A DNA stretch of 64,000 nucleotides. It comes from a virus. Shown here one piece after another: positions 9,458 through 17,145 of the stretch. Positions within the stretch are counted from its first letter, which is position 1, and each line of letters begins with the position of its first letter. The notes under the pieces are model-generated. The model was not told where the DNA came from and did not search any database. It saw only the letters and a program-made list of their open reading frames with translations. The stretch spans positions 96,001-160,000 of IMG/VR virus record IMGVR_UViG_3300045988_131275, one strand, 5' to 3'. Both the position numbers and the translations under genes were made by a program.

Positions 9458-9844
9458 CTAATTTTCAATTATAATATCATCTATAACATCCAACATTTTC
9501 CTTACTGTATAAAAATCTCCACTAAAAGCCGCTCCCGTTGTCTTTAATTCATATTTCCATTTAGTTTTGTCTTTTGTACATATAACTGGTGTATTCATAT
9601 ACATAACTGTTCCTTTTGGAATAATAACTGGACAATATTTATTCTTATAATCTTCTTTTAAAACTTTTAACCGTTTTTGACAAAACTTATTGTATAATTT
9701 ATATTTCATATCACTTTGATATACATAAATCTTTTCAGGTGTATTATCCGAATAATCAATTGGCTTAAACTTATTTACAATAAATAAAACTCCATCTGTA
9801 ATTCTATAGATGTCCTGATAATCTGTTTGTGCTACAATCTCCAT
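9458..9844 (-). CDS. hypothetical protein
   Basis: packed co-directional ORF. Confidence 0.55.
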   Translation of the reverse strand: MEIVAQTDYQDIYRITDGVLFIVNKFKPIDYSDNTPEKIYVYQSDMKYKLYNKFCQKRLKVLKEDYKNKYCPVIIPKGTVMYMNTPVICTKDKTKWKYELKTTGAAFSGDFYTVRKMLDVIDDIIIEN

Positions 9845-9861
9845 ATTTTCACCTCTTGCAT

Positions 9862-10026
9862 TTACATTCTTTGATTAAGCAATTTCTGTGTACTCTCAAT
9901 TCTTTCAAGCAATTCATCGTTATATTCATCAGTGATACAGCCTTTTATTAATATTCCTTTAGCATATCCTAATTCTTTCATAATTGTAATCTGATTTTCT
10001 AAAATTTGTCTAAATGCTTGGTTCAT
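9862..10026 (-). CDS. hypothetical protein (54 aa)
   Basis: Own translation MNQAFRQILENQITIMKELGYAKGILIKGCITDEYNDELLERIESTQKLLNQRM. Confidence 0.45.
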   Translation of the reverse strand: MNQAFRQILENQITIMKELGYAKGILIKGCITDEYNDELLERIESTQKLLNQRM

Positions 10027-10049
10027 AAAATAGTCCTTCCTATATATTT

Positions 10050-10057
10050 AATATTGA
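10050..10057. repeat. target-site duplication AATATTGA (left copy)
   Basis: Identical 8-mer directly abuts both ends of the IS. Confidence 0.8.
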
Positions 10058-10366
10058 GTTACTGTTCAGAGGTATGCATAAGTCATTGTAAAAAATGACG
10101 AAATTTATTTTTTTATTTTGTGGATAACCATTCGCGGCAGGAAAAACTGTGTTTATAGTTTTTCCTGCTGTTCTTTTTGTTAAAAGTTATACACCAGATT
10201 CTAGTTTTGGGAACCCATTCTTGAAGTTTCAAGGTCTGCATGAATACTTTTTTTATTATAAAACAGCTATTTATCCACAGTCAGATTGACGAAAAGGCAC
10301 TTTCTGGTGATTCGCTTTTTTTCTATGTTTCTGTTATACTTTTTCTTAAGAAAGAGAGGTTCACTT

Positions 10367-10531
10367 ATGAATATTGATTTTAAAGAAGAACTTAGAAAAC
10401 GTGATGAACTTCTTGCCGGTTATCTCAAACAGATTGAAATCCAGGAGGAATTTATCCAGAAACAAAAAGAATTGATTGAATATCTGGAAGAGCATATCTC
10501 AAAGATTACAGACATTGTCAGTGGCGTTTGA
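10367..10531 (+). CDS. small coiled-coil protein inside the IS (54 aa)
   Basis: MNIDFKEELRKRDELLAGYLKQIEIQEEF...; RBS AGAGAGG upstream. Confidence 0.5.
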   Translation: MNIDFKEELRKRDELLAGYLKQIEIQEEFIQKQKELIEYLEEHISKITDIVSGV

Positions 10532-10556
10532 TTATAACTGTACTGGAGGAAAACAT

Positions 10557-12230
10557 ATGCCTGATGCGTATGATTACATCTCACTCATGTGTCGGCTGAA
10601 AGCCGCACAGACAAGAAATAAAGAACTGGAATCCGGTGAACACTATATTAAGCTGAAAGAACTCCATCAAAAGGAGTGCAGAGCCTATGAACGTAAGATT
10701 CAGGCGCTGCTAACGGAGATAGCGGATGCACATAAAGAAACCATCCGTGTCCGCAATTACTGGTTTCAGGTACTGGAGGATATGCTGCTGGAGTTTGAGG
10801 CAATGCAGAAAAAAGCTGACCAGAAGCTTCGGGAGATGGAGAAACGTGCTCTTCTTGCTGAGAGACAAAGAGATGATGCATTGGAGAAAGCAAAAGAATT
10901 CCGCCTTAAGTTCTATGAAACCGCCACCCAGCTGGAAGAAGAACAGGGAAAGAACCTGAAACTTCATGCACAGATCAACCGTGATTATGAAAATTCATCT
11001 ATTCCTTCTTCAAAAGCCATCCGGCGGAAAAAGATTGCAAACAGCAGGGAAAAAACAGGACGGAAACCCGGTGGACAGCCAGGACATAAAGGGCATGGCC
11101 GAAAAAAGCAGGAGCCTACACATCCGGTAATCCTCCTTCCGCCACCAGAAGAAGTGCTTGAAGACTGTGCTTTTAAAAAGACAGCAAGAACAATCATAAA
11201 ACAACTGGTAAGTATCCGTGTGGTCCTGGATGTAACAGAATACCATGCAGATGTTTATTATAACAGCCAGACCGGCGAACGTGCACACGCTGCATTTCCG
11301 GATGGTGTTATTGATGATGTGAATTATGATGGCAACATCCGGGCATTTTTGTTCCTTCTGAACAATGACTGCTGTACCTCTATTGATAAAAGCAGGAAGT
11401 TCCTGTCTGATCTGACGGATGGAAAACTGAATATTTCCAAAGGCATGATAAGTAAACTCAGCAGGGAGTTTGCTTTAAAAACAGAGCCCGAGCGCAAGGC
11501 AGCCTATGCGGACATGCTGCTTTCCCCTGTTATGCATACAGATTGTACAAGCGGCAGGGAAAACGGAAAAAGCTGTCAGATCTATGTCTGTGCCACACCA
11601 GACGGAAAAGCATTGTACTTCGCTCGTGAGAAAAAAGGACACGAGGGAGTAAAAGGGACTGTTACAGAGGATTATCAGGGGATCCTTGTCCATGACCATG
11701 ATATTACCTTTTATAATTATGGAGCAGATCACCAGGAATGCCTTGCCCATGTGCTGCGTTACCTGAAAGACAGCATGGATAATGAACCAGACCGCACCTG
11801 GAACAAAGAGATGCGTTCACTGGTACAGGAGATGATCCATTTCCGAAACGAATGCCAGCCATTTCAGGAACCGGATCCGGTAAAGGTATCTGAATTCGAA
11901 AAAAGATACCGTGAGATACTGGAAATAGCCAGGGCGGAATACGGAAATGTTCCGGCAAACAATTATTACAGAGACGGGTATAATTTATTCCTGAGAATGG
12001 AGAAATATATGCAGAACCATTTGCTGTTCCTGCATGATTCCCGAATACCTGCCACTAATAATGAAGCCGAAAGGCTTCTAAGAAACTATAAGCGGAAACA
12101 GGCGCAGGCTGTGACATTTAGGAGTTTCGAAAGTATCGATTATCTCTGCCAATGCATGAGCATGCTTGTTTTGGTGCGGCTAGAAGAACCAGCGAATATA
12201 TTTGACAGAGTATCCAGAATATTTGGATAA
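10557..12230 (+). CDS. IS66-family transposase
   Basis: GGAGG RBS before ATG at 10557; N-terminal coiled coil, basic GRKPGGQPGHKGHGRK stretch, C-terminal ...IPATNNEAERLLR..., typical of IS66 TnpC-type proteins. Confidence 0.8.
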   Translation: MPDAYDYISLMCRLKAAQTRNKELESGEHYIKLKELHQKECRAYERKIQALLTEIADAHKETIRVRNYWFQVLEDMLLEFEAMQKKADQKLREMEKRALLAERQRDDALEKAKEFRLKFYETATQLEEEQGKNLKLHAQINRDYENSSIPSSKAIRRKKIANSREKTGRKPGGQPGHKGHGRKKQEPTHPVILLPPPEEVLEDCAFKKTARTIIKQLVSIRVVLDVTEYHADVYYNSQTGERAHAAFPDGVIDDVNYDGNIRAFLFLLNNDCCTSIDKSRKFLSDLTDGKLNISKGMISKLSREFALKTEPERKAAYADMLLSPVMHTDCTSGRENGKSCQIYVCATPDGKALYFAREKKGHEGVKGTVTEDYQGILVHDHDITFYNYGADHQECLAHVLRYLKDSMDNEPDRTWNKEMRSLVQEMIHFRNECQPFQEPDPVKVSEFEKRYREILEIARAEYGNVPANNYYRDGYNLFLRMEKYMQNHLLFLHDSRIPATNNEAERLLRNYKRKQAQAVTFRSFESIDYLCQCMSMLVLVRLEEPANIFDRVSRIFG

Positions 12231-12305
12231 GAAAACCGATGGCTTTGACTGTTATTAGTCTACACCATCGGTTTTCTCATGTCCAGCTAACCTCTGAACA
12301 GTAAC

Positions 12306-12313
12306 AATATTGA
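12306..12313. repeat. target-site duplication AATATTGA (right copy)
   Basis: See left copy. Confidence 0.8.
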
Positions 12314-12411
12314 TTTTTAATTATTATCTTGAAAACATCGACTTGAACAAGTCATAGAAACATGATATGATGTTTTACATAGATCACTGGTCTTGATCTA
12401 TTCCAATAACT

Positions 12412-12741
12412 CTACTGATTGTCCACAACGTCAGTGGAGTTTTCTTTATGTACTGTGAAGCTGTTTATATATTCTCTAAACTCCTCAAAATCTTCTTTAG
12501 AAAATATTGCCTCTGCATAAACATAATCCCTATTGAAGATAATTGCTAAAATTTTATGTAACTTTCTTATAAAATTACGCACAAATGTATCATCCTGGTC
12601 ACGGAAAAAATTACCATTTGTATATGTCATGTACATGTAATCATCAAAATCTTTATCAATCTTGAAATGAATTCCATCATCACATCCGCAACGACAACTT
12701 AAAATTAATTCTCTACCATCTTCTGTCTTTAAAACCGACAC
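12412..12741 (-). CDS. hypothetical protein
   Basis: packed co-directional ORF. Confidence 0.55.
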   Translation of the reverse strand: MSVLKTEDGRELILSCRCGCDDGIHFKIDKDFDDYMYMTYTNGNFFRDQDDTFVRNFIRKLHKILAIIFNRDYVYAEAIFSKEDFEEFREYINSFTVHKENSTDVVDNQ

Positions 12742-12759
12742 TTATGTATCCTCCCATTT

Positions 12760-13020
12760 TTAATAATCTCCCAAATATCCTGCGATAACTTCTATCGTCC
12801 ATAACAATACATACCACACAACAGGTGCTAAAAAACATTTTAAGAGTGAAATTGCCAATAATTTGACCGAAAATACCCCTGCTGCAATGGAAAATAACAG
12901 ATGAAAGACGGGTTTCATGAACAAAAATCCCCACGAAATTATCACATTTGCTATCATTCCACCAATAAAAACAATCCAGCCTAACTTTCTACGAAATTTA
13001 TGTATCTTTTCTTTGCTCAT
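12760..13020 (-). CDS. membrane protein
   Basis: Three hydrophobic stretches (WIVFIGGMIANVIISWGFLF..., LLFSIAAGVFSVKLLAISLL..., VVWYVLLWTIEVIAG). Confidence 0.55.
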   Translation of the reverse strand: MSKEKIHKFRRKLGWIVFIGGMIANVIISWGFLFMKPVFHLLFSIAAGVFSVKLLAISLLKCFLAPVVWYVLLWTIEVIAGYLGDY

Positions 13021-13613
13021 TTCTCTCCGATCAACTCTTTGTATACTTTTAATTTCTCCGCTAACTCAGGATTATTACTTGCGTACATCTCATAATCCAT
13101 TGCTAAAATCATTTTATCCATCTGTCTCTTAATCTTATCAGCTTCTTTCTTACGTTCTGCTTTCTCTTTGCGTTCTTCGATACGTTTATCATATGCAGAT
13201 GTATCAACATCAACTTTACAGATAACTTCGGCGGTGATATTTACATTACATTCATCTGGCGCAATAATGTCATTAATCGTAAGGATGTCTTTATTTGCAC
13301 CACTAACTAAAATTTTATCGCCTACATTATAAGTTTCTCCATCATCATAAATTGCATAATAATATTTCTTTTTGTAATAACCCTCTTTTGTTACTGCAAC
13401 TGCTTTATATCCTTCTAATTTTGCCATGTTATCATCCTCACTTTCGATTACTACCACATCTTTTTTATCTACAACAAGAATTGTACCATTATCAAATTCA
13501 ATTTTTACAGCATTTAGATATTCTTTACTAATGTCTTCAATAACTATACCTTCTTTGCCATACATCTTATAAACATAACCTAAATATTTAACCCTAATCC
13601 CTACACAGCTCAA
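13017..13613 (-). CDS. hypothetical protein
   Basis: 4-nt overlap with downstream gene; C-terminal charged coiled-coil-like tail. Confidence 0.55.
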   Translation of the reverse strand: MSCVGIRVKYLGYVYKMYGKEGIVIEDISKEYLNAVKIEFDNGTILVVDKKDVVVIESEDDNMAKLEGYKAVAVTKEGYYKKKYYYAIYDDGETYNVGDKILVSGANKDILTINDIIAPDECNVNITAEVICKVDVDTSAYDKRIEERKEKAERKKEADKIKRQMDKMILAMDYEMYASNNPELAEKLKVYKELIGEK

Positions 13614-13624
13614 TCATTTACACC

Positions 13625-13960
13625 TTATTTCAATTGCAATAATAATTTTACATGAGTATTGTCGTGAATATCGACATCGAAATCTTGTTTGATTCTATTA
13701 GATGTGAATGGTAAGATGTAATCTTCAAAATATATAATCTCGTATTTATATGTAGGGATTTTACTAAGTAATTGCTCAAGTGTAATTGGAAAATAATTTT
13801 CTCTCACTTCTCTATCCCAATTTTCTATATATCTATATTTCATAAGATAATGAATCAAATTCCTGTTATCTCGTAAACTTCCCCATATTGATTCATAATC
13901 AATGATCTGCTTCTCATCTGCATTTTGAATCACTTTGGTATAATCAATCATTAATATCAC
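13625..13960 (-). CDS. hypothetical protein (possibly C-terminal part of the upstream methyltransferase)
   Basis: Overlaps the MTase ORF by 17 nt in another frame. Confidence 0.5.
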   Translation of the reverse strand: MILMIDYTKVIQNADEKQIIDYESIWGSLRDNRNLIHYLMKYRYIENWDREVRENYFPITLEQLLSKIPTYKYEIIYFEDYILPFTSNRIKQDFDVDIHDNTHVKLLLQLK

Positions 13961-14408
13961 TATTTCTATTTACTGATCTACTTACACAAAAATCTCTGAT
14001 AGCTATGTATCCATAATCATATCCAAAAACATTATTCCAAAACTTATCAATTCCGTTAATATTTGAATAAGAATATACTTCATGAATCACGCTTGATAAA
14101 TTTAATAATGTTTTATTTGGGTTATTTTCTTTCAAAGATTCTTTTAAATTACTTACATATTGAATGTTTTCTAGTTCATGAGGTGTCCTTGTTCCCGCAA
14201 GAGAAATCATAGCCTTGCTATTATCATATCCTATGTAGTGTAAATCTGGCATTTCACTATTCATTTCTCTAATTAACGTACCATCAGCACATCCAAAATC
14301 AACCACTGTATCAATCTCTTCTATTTTACTCATCCAAAATAGCTTATCTGCACTTGATTTCTTCATTCCTGATATATATGAATCATAATTCTTAATGATT
14401 TCTTCCAC
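13944..14408 (-). CDS. class I SAM-dependent methyltransferase (short)
   Basis: VVDFGCADGTLI matches SAM-binding motif I (hhDxGCGxG). Confidence 0.7.
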   Translation of the reverse strand: MEEIIKNYDSYISGMKKSSADKLFWMSKIEEIDTVVDFGCADGTLIREMNSEMPDLHYIGYDNSKAMISLAGTRTPHELENIQYVSNLKESLKENNPNKTLLNLSSVIHEVYSYSNINGIDKFWNNVFGYDYGYIAIRDFCVSRSVNRNSDIND

Positions 14409-14557
14409 TATTTACACCTCTTTTCTTCTGCTAATTTAAGCCATCTAAGAAGTTTTTCTTCCTCTCGCAACATTTCAGAATACATTTTGATAATCTGATC
14501 CTGCTCTTTATAAAACTGCCTTACATACCGTGGAAAATCATACCCAAATAGCCACAT
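14408..14557 (-). CDS. hypothetical protein (49 aa)
   Basis: Track ORF 14408..14635 trimmed to MWLFGYDF start to avoid overlap with 14571..14750. Confidence 0.4.
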   Translation of the reverse strand: MWLFGYDFPRYVRQFYKEQDQIIKMYSEMLREEEKLLRWLKLAEEKRCK

Positions 14558-14570
14558 AATAATCTTTCTC

Positions 14571-14750
14571 TTAATCCACTTCACTCTTATATTCCTCATC
14601 AAATGCATAATCGCTACACGTCCAGGGTTCCCCATTATATGTAAAAGTATACATCCCAGTAAATCTTAGATGTGATTTTACGTCAACTACTGCACCTTGA
14701 ACTTGTTTTGCTACACCTATTCTATCGCCTTGTTTGATATGTTTAATCAT
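14571..14750 (-). CDS. hypothetical protein (59 aa)
   Basis: Own translation MIKHIKQGDRIGVAKQVQGAVVDVKSHLRFTGMYTFTYNGEPWTCSDYAFDEEYKSEVD. Confidence 0.45.
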   Translation of the reverse strand: MIKHIKQGDRIGVAKQVQGAVVDVKSHLRFTGMYTFTYNGEPWTCSDYAFDEEYKSEVD

Positions 14751-14797
14751 TCCAGTTCAATATCCTTTCCATCAAAATCGGATAACTCAATAACCCA

Positions 14798-15112
14798 TTA
14801 TCCATTATAATTTTCTCCATAGATTGCAATTTCTGGTTTGCCATTTTCATCTAATACATAATATGGTGCGATTCCACTAAAATTTTTTAAGCCTTGCAAT
14901 ACATATACAATTTTGGTGGTTTTATCATATACAAAATATTGAATAAATTTAAAACCATTACTTGATACAATGTTCTTTTTATTAATTTCTATAAATTGTC
15001 CATAAGAACTAACCTTTTCTCCGTTGTCATTTATCACTTCGTCACCACATCCTGTAAATGAAAATGCTAATCCAGATACAAGTAATCCAATCAATAATCT
15101 TTTAACTCTCAT
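14798..15112 (-). CDS. lipoprotein
   Basis: MRVKRLLIGLLVSGLAFSFTGC: signal peptide plus lipobox FTGC. Confidence 0.7.
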   Translation of the reverse strand: MRVKRLLIGLLVSGLAFSFTGCGDEVINDNGEKVSSYGQFIEINKKNIVSSNGFKFIQYFVYDKTTKIVYVLQGLKNFSGIAPYYVLDENGKPEIAIYGENYNG

Positions 15113-15351
15113 TTAGTTACCATCCTTCTTCTCACTTCTCTTAACAGATCATCTGTGCTAATCTGTTCAATTATTTCTTCTGGCATTGAGACTTCAACCT
15201 TATATGTAACTTCTCCATTATTATCAGCAAATATTTCAATCATATATGCTTTTCTTTCTGATGGTACTGGTTCAATAGTCAATGTACCATTCTTTTCACA
15301 ATGTAGTTTCAATATTGTTTCATATCTGTCGTTTCTAACTATTATATTCAT
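15109..15351 (-). CDS. hypothetical protein
   Basis: 4-nt overlaps with both neighbours. Confidence 0.55.
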   Translation of the reverse strand: MNIIVRNDRYETILKLHCEKNGTLTIEPVPSERKAYMIEIFADNNGEVTYKVEVSMPEEIIEQISTDDLLREVRRRMVTK

Positions 15352-15662
15352 GTATTCTCCCTTGTTTTTAATAATTCATGTTTCTCGTGAATGTCATTTA
15401 AAAATTCATTAAATATTAAATCAACTGCGCATCCAAAACCTTCACAAAAATCATTATTAATTTCTTCTGTAAAATATTCATCATATTCATTTTTCAACAT
15501 GTATTCTTTAATGAGTCTCTTTGATTGTTTTGGTTTGCCATAAACATATTTCGGTATGTGATTCATAATATTTAAAATGTAATTATGAATGTAATCTAAT
15601 TTATAAAATTCATTTTCAAATTCCTGACTTATTGCATCTCGCTTCCTTTCTTTGAAATTCAA
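15348..15662 (-). CDS. hypothetical protein
   Basis: TTG start in track, start uncertain. Confidence 0.5.
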   Translation of the reverse strand: MNFKERKRDAISQEFENEFYKLDYIHNYILNIMNHIPKYVYGKPKQSKRLIKEYMLKNEYDEYFTEEINNDFCEGFGCAVDLIFNEFLNDIHEKHELLKTRENT

Positions 15663-15672
15663 GTTTCATCTA

Positions 15673-15843
15673 CTAATCATCTATTTCTATCTCAAATATA
15701 TTGTCTTTATCTAGCTCATTATCATCCATCCAGGACACCGTAACTCCTTGATTTATAAGGTTATCAAATATCTCTTGTAAACAAAATCTTGGATTTAGTT
15801 GAATTTCTTTAATTTTCACATAATTCTCTTGATTTTTACTCAT
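15673..15843 (-). CDS. hypothetical protein (56 aa)
   Basis: Own translation MSKNQENYVKIKEIQLNPRFCLQEIFDNLINQGVTVSWMDDNELDKDNIFEIEIDD. Confidence 0.45.
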   Translation of the reverse strand: MSKNQENYVKIKEIQLNPRFCLQEIFDNLINQGVTVSWMDDNELDKDNIFEIEIDD

Positions 15844-16040
15844 ACTCACCCCTATGAAACAAGTCTTTCATCTATATTTTTTATATTTATCATACCGACT
15901 CTCTTTCATTTCTTCTCCTTAAAAACCCAATTGTAAATAACATTCATTAAATATATTACAGGTAACATAATTAACATAATATTATAAATCAATTCTATCA
16001 TTCTTAATTACCCCTAAAACTCACATTTCATTACAAATCA

Positions 16041-16340
16041 TCAAACAGTAATTCCATCCACTAAATCATTCCATGATTCTTTAAAAAATCCCATATTTTG
16101 AATTACTATTTCTTGAGCTAATTTTTGTTTATTATGTTGAATATTCCCTTCTATCACAGATCCATCAATCAAACTACAAACTACCTCTTTATCTTGATAC
16201 TGAATATGTACATGAGGTGTATTATGACCATTTTCTTTCGGGTGAATAATTATCCTGATTCCAAATTTTGAATAAAGTAAATTAAAATATTTATCATCTT
16301 CAAATACATAAATAAAGAACTTTAACCAATAGTAATCCAT
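16041..16340 (-). CDS. DUF4160-like protein
   Basis: ...ENGHNTPHVHIQYQDKEVVCSLIDGSVIEGN... resembles the DUF4160 signature (recalled, not searched). Confidence 0.55.
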   Translation of the reverse strand: MDYYWLKFFIYVFEDDKYFNLLYSKFGIRIIIHPKENGHNTPHVHIQYQDKEVVCSLIDGSVIEGNIQHNKQKLAQEIVIQNMGFFKESWNDLVDGITV

Positions 16341-16387
16341 AATCTCTCCTTTATATTGAATATTAAAATTACTATGAAACCACGCTT

Positions 16388-16576
16388 TTATCCTGTCTCC
16401 TCGAATATATTTCCAATCTGATGTCCAATCATCTTTCTATCCTTTATCTTCTTACATTTCGTGCATCGACATTTACCAATTACAACTTCTAACCCGCTAT
16501 AATCATACTTTAAATGTCGTGGCTTTTCGATTAATACCCAGTTGTGATTACACATAAGCATTTTTACCTTTATCAT
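16388..16576 (-). CDS. small Cys-containing protein
   Basis: CRCTKCKK motif; overlaps end of upstream gene. Confidence 0.45.
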   Translation of the reverse strand: MIKVKMLMCNHNWVLIEKPRHLKYDYSGLEVVIGKCRCTKCKKIKDRKMIGHQIGNIFEETG

Positions 16577-17126
16577 ATTTTAATATTTCTCCATCACGAA
16601 TTATTTTATGTGAACAAACTTTTCTCACAATCATATCCGTATCAATTTTGTCTTTCGTTTCTATTTGTGTTACAATCACAGGAACTTTTCCAAATCTTGT
16701 TTTACAATAAATTTTATCTCCTGGTTGCAATTCATCTATCATGGCTATCCATGTTTGAGGTATTCTCCACATATATGTTTTATGATTAAATCCCTTATGA
16801 TGAATGCCATATACATATGTGGTAGGCTTTCTTTTGTATGTATCGTTTTTATCTGTTGGAACTAATTTACCGTAATGTTTTCTCTGTCTATCGGTATATT
16901 TACGTCCATTCAATGTAACTATTCGTGTATCTCCGTATTCAGCTCCATTATTTTTGAGCACAAGATACATAATATAACCATCAATAAGATAATTATTTTC
17001 ATTTACAATCAAGTATCTATCCTGTTTATGATTCTCTTTATAATATCTTTCACATTTATTATATTTATATGTATTTGGAATACTACTTTCAAAATCCGCA
17101 GGAATTTTAATTTCCGAAAGCTTCAT
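16548..17126 (-). CDS. hypothetical protein, possible ParB/Srx-like N-terminal domain
   Basis: Start moved to MKLSEIKIP (GGGAG RBS); ...DRYLIVNENNYLIDGYIMYLVLK... resembles ParB-like fold motif (weak). Confidence 0.55.
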   Translation of the reverse strand: MKLSEIKIPADFESSIPNTYKYNKCERYYKENHKQDRYLIVNENNYLIDGYIMYLVLKNNGAEYGDTRIVTLNGRKYTDRQRKHYGKLVPTDKNDTYKRKPTTYVYGIHHKGFNHKTYMWRIPQTWIAMIDELQPGDKIYCKTRFGKVPVIVTQIETKDKIDTDMIVRKVCSHKIIRDGEILKYDKGKNAYV

Positions 17127-17145
17127 ATATACATTCTCCCTTCTT

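Larger units (their letters stand above)
10058..12305 (+). mobile_element. IS66-family insertion sequence (2248 bp)
   Basis: Perfect 15-bp terminal IRs GTTACTGTTCAGAGG / CCTCTGAACAGTAAC, 8-bp TSD, abrupt GC rise versus flanks, IS66-type transposase ORF. Confidence 0.85.

Noticed and set aside
10119-10280. Two perfect DnaA boxes as evidence for a replication origin
   Set aside because: They lie inside the IS66 element, not in phage DNA. With only two copies, a role in IS regulation or chance is as likely. They are noted under the IS finding only.
10648-11958. Seven antisense or alternate-frame ORFs inside the IS66 transposase gene
   Set aside because: These are typical spurious open frames in GC-richer DNA. 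All are nested in the 557-aa transposase ORF.
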